Assembly (NCBI GenBank): GCA_035693225.1
Contig: DASSGV010000029.1
Location: forward strand, 1,284-65,283
Reading direction: 5' to 3'
DNA length: 64,000 nucleotides
DNA from: Gemmatimonadales bacterium
Lineage (GTDB): Bacteria; Gemmatimonadota; Gemmatimonadetes; Gemmatimonadales; GWC2-71-9
Part shown: positions 46,300-56,993 of the stretch, one piece after another
How positions within the stretch are numbered: position 1 is the stretch's first letter
Layout: every line of letters starts with the position of its first letter
Position numbers and translations under genes: made by a program
Notes under the pieces: generated by a model
The model's input: the letters and a program-made list of their open reading frames with translations, nothing else
The model's database searches: none
Told to the model about the DNA's origin: nothing

Positions 46300-46863
46300 T
46301 CAGAACTGGACCTTCGGCGGGGTGGCGGCCGACTCTTCCGCCTGGAAGTAATCGCGGGGGGTCGACTGGCCGAACATCTTGGCCGTGAGGTTGTACGGGA
46401 AGGTCCGGATGAACTTGTTGTACGATCCGACCGACGTGTTGTAGTCCTGGCGGGCCACGGCGATCCGATTCTCCGTGCCGGTGAGCTCGTCCTGCAGGGC
46501 GCGGAAGTTCTGATCGGACTTCAGCTGGGGATAGTTCTCCGAAATGGCGAGCAGACGACCCAGGGGTGCTGTGAGCGCCTGGTTGGCCGCCGCCATCTGC
46601 TGGATGTTCCCACCCTGGACCGCGCCGGCCAGCTTGGCGCGCGCATCCGCCACGTGGATGAACACCGTGTCCTCATGCGCGGCATAGCCCTTGACCGTCG
46701 CGACGAGGTTCGGCACCAGATCGGCCCGGCGCTGCAACTGGGCGGCGATCTGGCCCTTGGCCTGGTTGACCTGTTCGTCCATCTGCTGGATCCGATTGTA
46801 CCCGCACCCTGACAGCAGCAGGGCACCGAAGGCGAGCAGGGTCATCATTCGCGCGTTGCGCAT
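46300..46863 (-). CDS. lemA: LemA-family protein
   Basis: Lipobox/TM then YNRIQQMDEQVNQAKGQIAAQLQRRADLVPNLV...ENYPQLKSDQNF. Confidence 0.9.
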   Translation of the reverse strand: MRNARMMTLLAFGALLLSGCGYNRIQQMDEQVNQAKGQIAAQLQRRADLVPNLVATVKGYAAHEDTVFIHVADARAKLAGAVQGGNIQQMAAANQALTAPLGRLLAISENYPQLKSDQNFRALQDELTGTENRIAVARQDYNTSVGSYNKFIRTFPYNLTAKMFGQSTPRDYFQAEESAATPPKVQF

Positions 46864-47582
46864 TACCGGTCTCCAGTGGAAAAACCGTCGACATAGCGTG
46901 CCGCCGCGTCCACGGCGGCCAGGAACCCCTCGAAGGTCTCCGGGGGGCACTTCCAGCCCTTCTGGTATCGTGCCGCGACCACGGCGGCGAGGGCCTCGGG
47001 GGCGCCGCCGGTCACTTGCACGGCCTCCCGCACCACCGCGTCCGCGGAGGCGGGAACGGTGCGTCCTGCCAATGCCAGCAGGCCGCGGCAGAGGGACACC
47101 ATCGGCGCCGCGGCGCCCCGGGCCACTTCACCCAGCCGGGCCGGTTCCGAGGCGTGGAGCGCCCACGCTTGGCGGAAGCGCATCAACCCCGATGCCAGGT
47201 CCCGTTCGAGGGCGGCGCGAAGGTCCCGGGGGGCGACGGAGACCTCCCCCGCCGGATCCTTCCCTCGAAGCACCCGATGTGCCGCCTTGATGTCGGTGAT
47301 CTCGATGGGGAAGGCATCGCCGGAGCGAGCCCACTCCCGGCGGGTCAGGAGCAAGGGTGCGTGGAACCCCGCGCGCCCCCACGCCTTGAAGCCGGGCCCG
47401 AGGGCACGGAGCTGTGCCGACGTGGCCTGATCCAGGATGAGCAGGACGTGCACGTCGGACCGATCCGGGGTCGGCTCACCCCGCGCGGCGGCGCCATACA
47501 GGACCGCGCTGTAGCCGGCGCCGAGGGTGGCGTCGAATCGGGCCAGCAGTGCTTCGAGTCCCGCCACGATCTCGTCGGTCAT
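46863..47582 (-). CDS. Nucleotidyltransferase-fold protein with helical HEPN/KNTase_C-like C-terminal half
   Basis: LYGAAARGEPTPDRSDVHVLLIL (G[SA]-x-D-x-[DH] NTase signature variant) and R137-x5-H143 in the helical half; TAATG overlap with lemA. Confidence 0.6.
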   Translation of the reverse strand: MTDEIVAGLEALLARFDATLGAGYSAVLYGAAARGEPTPDRSDVHVLLILDQATSAQLRALGPGFKAWGRAGFHAPLLLTRREWARSGDAFPIEITDIKAAHRVLRGKDPAGEVSVAPRDLRAALERDLASGLMRFRQAWALHASEPARLGEVARGAAAPMVSLCRGLLALAGRTVPASADAVVREAVQVTGGAPEALAAVVAARYQKGWKCPPETFEGFLAAVDAAARYVDGFSTGDR

Positions 47583-48407
47583 CTAGAAGCTCCCTCCCGC
47601 GCCGCCACCGCTGAATCCGCCACCGCCCCCGAATCCGCCGAATCCTCCACCACCTCCGCCGCCACCACCGCCGAACCCGCCCCCAAAGCCACCACCCCAA
47701 TATATCCCGGGCCCGCCCCATCGCCCCCGCCTTCCACGCCCGATGACCGACAGGATGATGAACAGGAGCACGATGATGATCTGCCAGGGGAACTGGTCGC
47801 TACCGTCACTGTCCTGCCCCTGCGGCTGGCCTCCGCTCCAATTCGCGATGATGGAATCGCTGACGCCCATCCCCTTGCCGATCACGGCGGCGAGCGCCCG
47901 GGTGCCGGTCACGAGCGCGGGGCCATACTGCCCCGCGGCGGCTTGCGGGATCATGAGATCGCGAATGGCACCGGCCCGCGAGTCGGTGATGAACCCCTCG
48001 GAGCCCTGCCCCGTGGCGATGAACAGGTGGCCGCTTCCCCGCACGTTGTCCCTGCGGGGCACCAGGAGCACCACCACGCCGGCGTTCCGGGTGGCGCTGC
48101 CGATCTTCGTGTCGGCGCCGACCTTCCAAACCCGCCCGATCTCGGTGGCCACGTCCACCGGGGCATAGTCGCCGATGGCGGGGAGCACCACGACGGCGAT
48201 CTCGGCGCCGGTCGCGCCACGCACCCGCGTGGCCAGGTCCTCCACGGTCGCGGCGGAGGCAGCATCGATCAGGTGCCCCGGATCGGTGAGATACCCCGTG
48301 GGACGGGCGGGAAAGAGAGTATCGAGCGCCGGGTTCTGCGCCGTGACCGGGGCCGAGGCGAGTTGAGCCAGCGCCAGGAGGACGATTACTTTTCGGAGCG
48401 ACGTCAT
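47583..48407 (-). CDS. TPM-domain (YgcG-like) protein with TM and Gly-rich tail
   Basis: Signal peptide, TPM-like core (GAEIAVVVLP...VLLV.RRD), TM, GGGFGGG tail; GGAGG before the ATG. Confidence 0.8.
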   Translation of the reverse strand: MTSLRKVIVLLALAQLASAPVTAQNPALDTLFPARPTGYLTDPGHLIDAASAATVEDLATRVRGATGAEIAVVVLPAIGDYAPVDVATEIGRVWKVGADTKIGSATRNAGVVVLLVPRRDNVRGSGHLFIATGQGSEGFITDSRAGAIRDLMIPQAAAGQYGPALVTGTRALAAVIGKGMGVSDSIIANWSGGQPQGQDSDGSDQFPWQIIIVLLFIILSVIGRGRRGRWGGPGIYWGGGFGGGFGGGGGGGGGGFGGFGGGGGFSGGGAGGSF

Positions 48408-48432
48408 CACCCGCCCTCCCCACGGATCATTC

Positions 48433-49170
48433 GTGCCACGGTTCCCCCTGCTCGCGTTGCTGCTGACGCTCGCCTGCCGTCCTTACGAGACCCGGATCTC
48501 GGTGTGGGCGCCGGGGCTCGACAGCCTGCCCTCGCCGATGGCGCACTTGCCGGTGGTCGTCCTGCCCTACGATCGGGACAGCATCCTCGGGGCGTTCGAG
48601 GCACGGGCCACGCCCCGGCCATACCAGCGGGAGCTCGACAGCCTGGTCGACCTGGAGCGGGCGCCGCTGCTCGCCTACCTGCGGGCCTCCTGGCGCGCCG
48701 ACTCCGCCCATCGGATCCTCGCCGCGACACGTTCGGTGATGGACTCGACGCCGAGGAACTCCGCCGCATACGAGGCCGCGTACGCGCGGTTCTCCACCCT
48801 GGCCGATTCCCTGCCGCGCATCGACCAGGCGTTGGCGGACGCGGGCCGGCGCCTCGGACGATCCGACCCCAGGGTGACCACGCGCCTGGTCGAGGTCCGA
48901 GCCGCGATCCACCGGTGGGAAGATAGCACCTACCGGCACTACGGTCCGGCCACCGGCGCCATCACCCGAACGCTCGGCCTTGCACCGGTCCAGGCCACCA
49001 CCGATGACGTCGGCCGGGCCACGGTGGCACTCCGGTCGGGGCGCTGGTGGGTCTATGCCCGCGCGCCCGACGTGAACGACCCCGAACGCGAGTGGTACTG
49101 GAACATCCCCATCCGCGGCACCCTCGTACGACTCGACCGCACCAATGCCACCCATCGGATCCGCCCATGA
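48433..49170 (+). CDS. Hypothetical lipoprotein
   Basis: LLALLLTLAC lipobox, GTG start; the stop overlaps the next ATG (ATGA). Confidence 0.6.
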   Translation: MPRFPLLALLLTLACRPYETRISVWAPGLDSLPSPMAHLPVVVLPYDRDSILGAFEARATPRPYQRELDSLVDLERAPLLAYLRASWRADSAHRILAATRSVMDSTPRNSAAYEAAYARFSTLADSLPRIDQALADAGRRLGRSDPRVTTRLVEVRAAIHRWEDSTYRHYGPATGAITRTLGLAPVQATTDDVGRATVALRSGRWWVYARAPDVNDPEREWYWNIPIRGTLVRLDRTNATHRIRP

Positions 49171-49817
49171 CCCGCACGCCGGCCGCCCTGACCGCCGCAC
49201 TCCTCTGTCTTGCGACCGCGGCGGGCGCCCGCCCGCTCAGCGCCCAGGCCGGCGCCGATCCGGGCCCGATGATCGCCGAGCGCAGCAAGGGAGACCCCAA
49301 GGCGCCGATCACCGTCTTCGAGATGTCCGACTTCCAGTGCCCGTTCTGCCGGAAGTTCTTCCTGGAGACCTTTCCGGCCCTCGAGCGTGACTATGTCCAG
49401 ACCGGCAAGGTGCATTGGATCTTCCTGAACCTGCCGATCTCCGAGCTCCATCCGAACGCCGAGCCCGCGGCGGAGTTCGCGATGTGCTCCGCCAAGTTCG
49501 GCAAATTCTGGCCGGTGCACGACCTCCTCTACCACCACCAGGACCTCTGGGCGCCGCTCAAGGAGCCGGGCACCTTCCTGCTGACCCTCGCTGATTCGGT
49601 CGGGCTTCCGCGCGATTCCCTGCTGCCGTGCCTCCAGAAGCACGAAATGCAGGCGCGGGTCGGTGGTGATGCCGCGAGCGCCGCACGCGCCGGGGCCCGC
49701 GCCACACCGTCGTTCCTGATCGACGGGGCGCTGCTGACCGGGGCGTATCCGCTGGAGGTGTTCCAGCACGTGCTCGACTCGATCTACACGGTGAGGATGG
49801 CGGCCAGGAAGCCGTGA
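49167..49817 (+). CDS. DsbA/thioredoxin-family thiol:disulfide oxidoreductase
   Basis: Signal peptide and an FQCPFC active site. Confidence 0.85.
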   Translation: MTRTPAALTAALLCLATAAGARPLSAQAGADPGPMIAERSKGDPKAPITVFEMSDFQCPFCRKFFLETFPALERDYVQTGKVHWIFLNLPISELHPNAEPAAEFAMCSAKFGKFWPVHDLLYHHQDLWAPLKEPGTFLLTLADSVGLPRDSLLPCLQKHEMQARVGGDAASAARAGARATPSFLIDGALLTGAYPLEVFQHVLDSIYTVRMAARKP

Positions 49818-49848
49818 AGACCGAACGATACGCCGATGGCGTGAACGG

Positions 49849-50574
49849 TCAGCGCATCGCGAGGGTGAGGAAGATGTCGTAGAGCGAGTGGGTCCAGGCC
49901 GTGACACCGTAGCCACGCAGGACGTACAGGCCGCTGAAGAGGAGGCCGGCCACGGCCCTGAACACGAACGACGACAGATGCAGCGTGTCACCGTATGGCC
50001 CGATGTAATGGAACGCCGAGAAGATGAGCGCCCCGACCACGACGGCGAACACGTTCGCCCCGGTCAGGCTCCAGCGGAAGACCCGCCGCGCCACCAGCAC
50101 CAGCCCCGACACGAGCAGGACCCGGAAGAGGAGCTCTTCGTAGATCCCGGCGCCGAGCGACACCATCAGCTGGGTCGGAACGTCCAACGCGGCACCTCCC
50201 TGGATCATCAGGGCCGAAGGGCCCTGGAGCAGGAGGGTGGTCAGCATCGACGCCACGAACCCGAATGCGATGGCCAGGACGACCGCTTCACCGAACATCA
50301 GCGCGAAGATGCGCCAGCGCAGCGGCTCCCCGCCGGCGCGCCGGTCCCGCCAGATGAGTGCGGCCCCCACCGCCACGAGCACCACATCGAACACCAGGAC
50401 GCCATCCCGGCCGCCCAGCCAGACGAACAGGCTCTTGAGCATGACGTCGGCGCCGTTGCGCACCCCGGCCTCGCCGTGGGTCAGCACCCGGGCCGACAGC
50501 TCGTAGGCGAGGAGGAGCGGAGCCGCGAAGAGCACCGAATAGCGCGGGGTCCGGCTCAATTGCCAGTAGTTCAT
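49849..50574 (-). CDS. CPBP-family intramembrane metalloprotease (CAAX protease-like)
   Basis: GIYEELLFRV and FSAFH motifs; ATGA overlap with the upstream aminotransferase stop. Confidence 0.8.
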   Translation of the reverse strand: MNYWQLSRTPRYSVLFAAPLLLAYELSARVLTHGEAGVRNGADVMLKSLFVWLGGRDGVLVFDVVLVAVGAALIWRDRRAGGEPLRWRIFALMFGEAVVLAIAFGFVASMLTTLLLQGPSALMIQGGAALDVPTQLMVSLGAGIYEELLFRVLLVSGLVLVARRVFRWSLTGANVFAVVVGALIFSAFHYIGPYGDTLHLSSFVFRAVAGLLFSGLYVLRGYGVTAWTHSLYDIFLTLAMR

Positions 50575-51659
50575 GGTGTTCTCAGGACCTGGCCAAGTTC
50601 CGTGAGGCAACGATCGAGTCCGGCCACCGTGTGGTCTCCCATGTGGCCGATGCGGATCGTCGACTCCCGCAGCTTCCCGTACCCGGTGCCGATCACGTAG
50701 CCGCGCTGCCGCAGCGCCTCCGCCACCCTCATCCCCGACACGCCAGCGGGCAGCGAGATCGTCGAGATCGTGGCCGAGCGCGCACCGACAGGTGCCAGTA
50801 TCCCGAGCGGGAGGAGCGACTCCCTGATCCAGTCCTCCATCCGTGCACGCATCGCCTCGTGACGGGCCCAGCGCGGCCCGATACCCTCTTGCGTCATCGC
50901 GGCCAGCTGCGCCTCGAGTGCGAAGAGGAGCGGCAGCGCCGGGGTGTTGGGCGTCTGGGATCGCCGCGCGAACGCATCGAACTCGACCAGGTCGAAATAG
51001 AGCCCCCGATCCGCCACCGCGGCGGCCCCCGCCAGGAACGCGGGGGATGCAACGGCGAACGCGAGCCCGGGCGGCAGTGCAAATGCCTTCTGGGACCCGG
51101 TGAACAGATAGTCGAGGCCCCACGTGTCAGTCTCCACCGGCATCCCCGCCACGCCGGTCACGCTGTCGACGAGGCACACCGCACCGTGGCGGGTGGCAAG
51201 GGCCTGCACGGCGCAGATGTCGGTCAACGCACCGGTCGATGTCTCCGAGTGCACCACGGTCACCACCTTGCTCCGGCCGATCTTGAGCCGCGCCTCCACC
51301 GCTTCGAGCGGAACGACCGCTCCCCATTCCGCCGAGAGCACCTCGACCTCCCGCCCACAGGCCCTGGCCACCCGGGCGAACCGCTCGGCAAAGGCGCCGT
51401 TCACCAGCGCCAGCACCGGCCCCGGCGGCGCGCAGCGCACCCCCGCCTCCATCAGCCCCGTGGCGGAGGACGAGCTGATGAGCACGGGATGGCGAGTACG
51501 GAAGACGGGCTGGAGCCCCGCCTGGAGCGCGGTGAAGAGCCGCTCGAACTCAGAGCCCCGATGCGGGATCATCGGACGGACCATCGCTCCGAGGATCTCG
51601 GGACGGACCTCGGTCGGCCCCGGCAGGAAGAAATGACCATCATCGAGCAGTCGGGTCAC
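50571..51659 (-). CDS. Class-V aminotransferase (alanine-glyoxylate / serine-pyruvate type)
   Basis: FLPGPTEV N-terminus, VHSETSTG, and TGSQKAF (PLP lysine). Start is GTG 51659 (alternative ATG 51728). The rest of ORF 50571..53123 is antisense to waaA. Confidence 0.8.
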   Translation of the reverse strand: MTRLLDDGHFFLPGPTEVRPEILGAMVRPMIPHRGSEFERLFTALQAGLQPVFRTRHPVLISSSSATGLMEAGVRCAPPGPVLALVNGAFAERFARVARACGREVEVLSAEWGAVVPLEAVEARLKIGRSKVVTVVHSETSTGALTDICAVQALATRHGAVCLVDSVTGVAGMPVETDTWGLDYLFTGSQKAFALPPGLAFAVASPAFLAGAAAVADRGLYFDLVEFDAFARRSQTPNTPALPLLFALEAQLAAMTQEGIGPRWARHEAMRARMEDWIRESLLPLGILAPVGARSATISTISLPAGVSGMRVAEALRQRGYVIGTGYGKLRESTIRIGHMGDHTVAGLDRCLTELGQVLRTP

Positions 51660-51785
51660 CGGACGCCCGCCACGTTCCACGCCATCTGCCGCCCTCGTCG
51701 AATGGTCGGCGCAATGTACGAGGGCCATCGTGGCGGCGGTAGCACGGGCGTTGACGGGGGCGCCGTGCCCTTCGACCTTTCCCCG

Positions 51786-53081
51786 ATGCCCGGCACCTCC
51801 CTTGCCTACCGCGGTACCGTACGACTCGCCAGGATGATCCTCCCCGCGGCCGCGGCATTCGACGCCAAACTCGCGCGCGGACACCAGGGCCGGCAGGGAG
51901 CGCTCGAACGGCTGTGCACCTGGGCCGCACGGGAACGGGACCGGGCCCGCCCGCTGCTCTGGTTCCACGCGCCGTCGGTCGGCGAAGGACTCCAGGCGGA
52001 GGCGGTGCTCGGCCCCATCCGCGGACGACATCCCGACTGGCAGATCGTCTACACCCATTTCAGCCCATCCGCCGAAGCGCTGGCCCGTCGGGTCGGAGCG
52101 TCGGTGTCCGACTACCTGCCATACGACACGCCGGAAGCGGCCCGCCGGCTCCTCCACGCCCTGACGCCAGCGGCGCTGGTCTTTTCCAAGCTCGACCTGT
52201 GGCCGGAACTCGCGACCAGCACGGCCGCTTCCGGTGTACCGGTGGCACTGATCGCCGCCACGGTGCGCCCAGGAAGCGGTCGACTTCGATGGCCGGTGCG
52301 GGCACTCCTGGAGCCGGGGTACCGCGCGCTGAGCGCCGTGGCGGCGGTGGACGCCCCCGATGCGGAGCGCCTGGCGGCGCTCGGTGCGCGTCGGGAGGTG
52401 ATCCACGTCCTGGGCGATCCCCGATCGGACAGCGTTGCCGACAAGGTCGCGGCGGTGCGGCGCGACGATCCGTTGCTCCAGTTCGGGCGCGGCGCACCGA
52501 CCCTCGTCGCCGGATCGACGTGGCCGGGGGATGAAGCGGTGCTGCTCGAGGCATTCCGCAACGTTCGCTCCCGCCACCCCACCGCGCGACTCATTCTCGT
52601 GCCCCACGAACCGATCGAAAGCCATCTGGCCGCCGTCGAGGCGTCGGCCGACCGGCAGGGCCTCCCCGAAGTGACCCGCCTGAGTGCTGCCACAGAGGCG
52701 GTGCCGTTGCTCCTGGTGGATCGCGTCGGCGTCCTTGCCGCGCTGTACGGTGCCGGCTCCCTGGCCTATGTCGGCGGTGGATTCCATGCCGCCGGCCTGC
52801 ACAGCGTCCTCGAACCCGCCGCGTGGGGCGTGCCGGTCATCTTCGGGCCACGATGGAGGGAAAGCCGGGATGCGGCAACGCTGGTGGATGCCGGCGGAGC
52901 GGTGGCGCTCCCCAACTCCGGTGCGGCGGAGGTGCTGGCGGCCACGTGGGACCGATGGCTCACCGATGCTGCGGCACGGGCCCACGCCGGACAGCAGGCG
53001 CGGGCGGTGATCGACGCGGGCCTCGGCGCGGCGGAGCGGTCTGCGAAGATGGTGGAGGGGCTGGTGGGGAGTAAGAAGTGA
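51786..53081 (+). CDS. waaA: 3-deoxy-D-manno-octulosonic-acid (Kdo) transferase
   Basis: LWFHAPSVGEG, YLPYD, LDLWPEL and GGGF..AGLHSVLEPAAWG.PV motifs; start estimated at ATG 51786. Confidence 0.85.
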   Translation: MPGTSLAYRGTVRLARMILPAAAAFDAKLARGHQGRQGALERLCTWAARERDRARPLLWFHAPSVGEGLQAEAVLGPIRGRHPDWQIVYTHFSPSAEALARRVGASVSDYLPYDTPEAARRLLHALTPAALVFSKLDLWPELATSTAASGVPVALIAATVRPGSGRLRWPVRALLEPGYRALSAVAAVDAPDAERLAALGARREVIHVLGDPRSDSVADKVAAVRRDDPLLQFGRGAPTLVAGSTWPGDEAVLLEAFRNVRSRHPTARLILVPHEPIESHLAAVEASADRQGLPEVTRLSAATEAVPLLLVDRVGVLAALYGAGSLAYVGGGFHAAGLHSVLEPAAWGVPVIFGPRWRESRDAATLVDAGGAVALPNSGAAEVLAATWDRWLTDAAARAHAGQQARAVIDAGLGAAERSAKMVEGLVGSKK

Positions 53082-53190
53082 GAAGTAAGAAGTGAGAAGT
53101 GAGAAGTAAGAAGTGAGAAGCAAAAAGTCAGAAGTGAAAAGTGAAAAGGGAGACGTGAGAGCTGAGAGGTGCGGGGTGAGAGGTACGAGT
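53071..53190. repeat. Heptamer tandem array (GTRAGAA)n overlapping the waaA stop
   Basis: About 17 consecutive units (GTAAGAA GTGAGAA ... GTGAGAG GTACGAG); the waaA stop TGA 53079-53081 is inside unit 2. Confidence 0.9.
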
Positions 53191-53231
53191 TACGAAATAA
53201 AAAGCGGGGAGCGTGAGGGCAGCGCTCCCCG
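53191..53231 (-). terminator. Rho-independent terminator of the lipoprotein/OMP transcription unit
   Basis: Minus strand CGGGGAGCG-loop-CGCTCCCCG followed by CTTTTTATTT. Confidence 0.65.
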
Positions 53232-53298
53232 TCGTGCGTCCGTCAGCCTGCTGTCATCAGTTGGCGCCGGGCACGGGCCCGGATCGGTTGCCCTGCGG

Positions 53299-53736
53299 TC
53301 AGGGCTTGGCGGGTGCCGGTGGGGGAACTTGCGCCGGCGTGGCGGGCGCCGAGGGTGCGCTGGCGTCGCCGACGATGATGCCATCGAACTCGACGGTACG
53401 CGGCACCAGGAGCCCGCCGGTCAGGATCGTCACGAGAATGTTGGTGAACCGGCTGTGGGTCCGGATCTTGACGTCGGCGACGCTCGTGCCGCCGATCAAC
53501 TGGCCCGCCAGTGCGTCCTTCAGGGTCGGTTCATTGACCGACAGGAGCCCCCACCCGAACCAGACCTGGGTGGCACGGACCTGGAAAGGGATCCCCTGGG
53601 CCGGTGCGGAGACGTCCGAGGCCAGCGTCGCCGCGACACCGAGGGAGGTGGCGTCGAAGGTCTGGGCGCAGGCTGCGAGGACAAGGAGCAGGGCCGGGAG
53701 CGCGGTCCGGAGGGGCCGTGGCAGGCGAGGGGTCAC
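53299..53736 (-). CDS. Lipoprotein (weakly Bor-like) with Pro/Ala-rich tail
   Basis: LLLVLAAC lipobox after GTG 53736; TNILVTILTGGLLVPRTV segment. Confidence 0.55.
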   Translation of the reverse strand: MTPRLPRPLRTALPALLLVLAACAQTFDATSLGVAATLASDVSAPAQGIPFQVRATQVWFGWGLLSVNEPTLKDALAGQLIGGTSVADVKIRTHSRFTNILVTILTGGLLVPRTVEFDGIIVGDASAPSAPATPAQVPPPAPAKP

Positions 53737-53800
53737 GAGGGTACCGGAAGAAAGAACTGGGGGAGACGCACCCGATCGGTGCGCCTCCCCGCAGGGTAGG

Positions 53801-54463
53801 TCAGAGCCCGGGAACGTGGATGTTGTATCCCACGCCGACGGAGAAGGTCGACGGCGAGAAGCTGGTGCCGCTGACATCAGCCTTGTATGTGTCGTAGGCC
53901 ACCCGGATGCCGAGCCCGCCAGCCAGTCCGAGATTGACACCAGCGCTCAGGCCGAACTTGCTGCTCGTGGTGGTGGTGCCACCATTCTGGAACCGCATAT
54001 ACTGCAGACGCGGTGCGATCCACGGCTTGATCGAGAGTGCCGGGCTCGGGATGTTGGCGATGATGCCGAGGCCCACCGGCACATTCAGCTGCTTGCCACC
54101 GGTCCCCTGGATGTTGGAGGCGTATCCAGCGCCGACTTGTGCGTTGACCGTGATCGGGATGAGCGGCCCGCCGAAGAGCTTGATGTTCGCGGTAGCACCG
54201 ACCCAGGTGTCGCTGGTGCCGCCATCAGGCTTGTTCGAGGCCACGGTGGCCGTGACACCGAGCGGTCCGAGCCCCACCGATCCCGTGAGGCCATAGGTAT
54301 GCCCCTTCCCGCCGTCGGCGTTCGGGAATCCAACGTCAGCGTTGATCCCGATCCCGGTCCCGATCCCCGAGTTGAACACGGGGAGTCCGGCGACCTGGGC
54401 CGTGGCGGGGGTGGCCACGGCCACCGACGCGAGGGCGAATGCCGCGAGGAGCTTCGAGTGCAT
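53801..54463 (-). CDS. Outer-membrane beta-barrel protein
   Basis: Signal peptide ...ATAQ, Gly-rich alternating strands, C-terminal ...GVGYNIHVPGL; GGAGG upstream. Confidence 0.7.
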   Translation of the reverse strand: MHSKLLAAFALASVAVATPATAQVAGLPVFNSGIGTGIGINADVGFPNADGGKGHTYGLTGSVGLGPLGVTATVASNKPDGGTSDTWVGATANIKLFGGPLIPITVNAQVGAGYASNIQGTGGKQLNVPVGLGIIANIPSPALSIKPWIAPRLQYMRFQNGGTTTTSSKFGLSAGVNLGLAGGLGIRVAYDTYKADVSGTSFSPSTFSVGVGYNIHVPGL

Positions 54464-54481
54464 CTGGGCCTCCTACGGGTG

Positions 54482-54510
54482 AAAAAAGGACGGGAGTACA
54501 CGCACTCCCG
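54482..54510 (-). terminator. Rho-independent-type hairpin between the two OMP genes
   Basis: Minus strand CGGGAGT-gcgtgt-ACTCCCG followed by TCCTTTTTTC. Confidence 0.55.
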
Positions 54511-54569
54511 ACGCGGACCGGCGCGCCGCAAGCTATCGCGGACGCGCCGGGGAAGTCAATTCTGGTGGT

Positions 54570-55167
54570 TCAGCGCAGGAATGCCGCGCTCACGCTCACG
54601 CCGTCGAGATCGCCGATCCCGCCCGCCACCCGGAGATCGACCCGGCGGGACATCCGCATGTCGACACCCAGGCCGATGGTGAAGTCGAGGTGGTTGTTCC
54701 CCGACCCGAACACCGGGGTCAGGACCGGCTGGACGTAGGGCACGAAGCTCACGCTGGAGCCTTCGAGGTCGAGGCGGCGCCCCAACGACAGACCGATCGG
54801 GACGAGCACTGCCGATCCACCGCTGACGAACCGGCCACCGAAGCCCAGCGTGAGGGCGCCATCGAGCGGGAACCCCTCGTCGTGGGTCAGCACCCGCGTC
54901 CTTCCGTCCACGCCGAGGAGAAGGGTCGTGTTCGCGTTTCCGTTCGGGGCATCGAAGCCGCCCCGGAATCCGATGTCCCAGGCGTGGCTGCCGATACGGT
55001 AGAACCCTTCCAGTGCGACGCCGCCACCGACGGGATCGGAGAGCGAGGCACCGACCTCTGAGGTCTGGAATGCCCGATAGGGTGCCGCAAAGACCGGTGT
55101 GCCGGTCGATTGGGCGGCAAGTCCCGCGGGCAATGCAGCGCCTGCGAGCAGAAGCGTCAAGAGCGAC

Positions 55168-55175
<8 letters not shown>
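54570..55175 (-). CDS. Outer-membrane beta-barrel protein
   Basis: Signal peptide ...GLAAQ, beta-strand pattern, C-terminal F-x-R. ATG 55175 with AGGAGG lies inside the end of atpC. Confidence 0.7.
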
Positions 55176-56876
<1,701 letters not shown>

Positions 56877-56880
56877 TCAC

Positions 56881-56993
56881 GGGCGGACGGTCGAATGGTC
56901 GGACGGTCGGATGGAGATGCATCCCGACCATTCAGCGCCATCGCCATATCCACCCAACCATCGATCCGACCATTCGTCCAGCCGTCCATCCGC
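56881..56993. repeat. Inverted octamer/heptamer arrays (GGTCGRAY)n / (CCGACCAT)n in the atpG-atpD spacer
   Basis: GAATGGTCGG at 56893-56902 is the exact complement of CCGACCATTC at 56924-56933 and 56966-56975; GATGCATC palindrome at the centre. Confidence 0.85.

Noticed and set aside
47583-47720. Gly-rich low-complexity stretch as a separate feature or frameshift
   Set aside because: It is the C-terminal GGGFGGG tail typical of YgcG/TPM proteins, in frame with the TPM domain. The overlapping ORFs 47476..47721 and 47579..47809 are artefacts.
50631-51785. 5' half of + ORF 50631..53081 (and, mirror image, the 51729..53123 part of - ORF 50571..53123)
   Set aside because: These are read-through extensions antisense to the aminotransferase and waaA genes respectively. 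Recognisable homology starts only at the internal starts used in the feature list.
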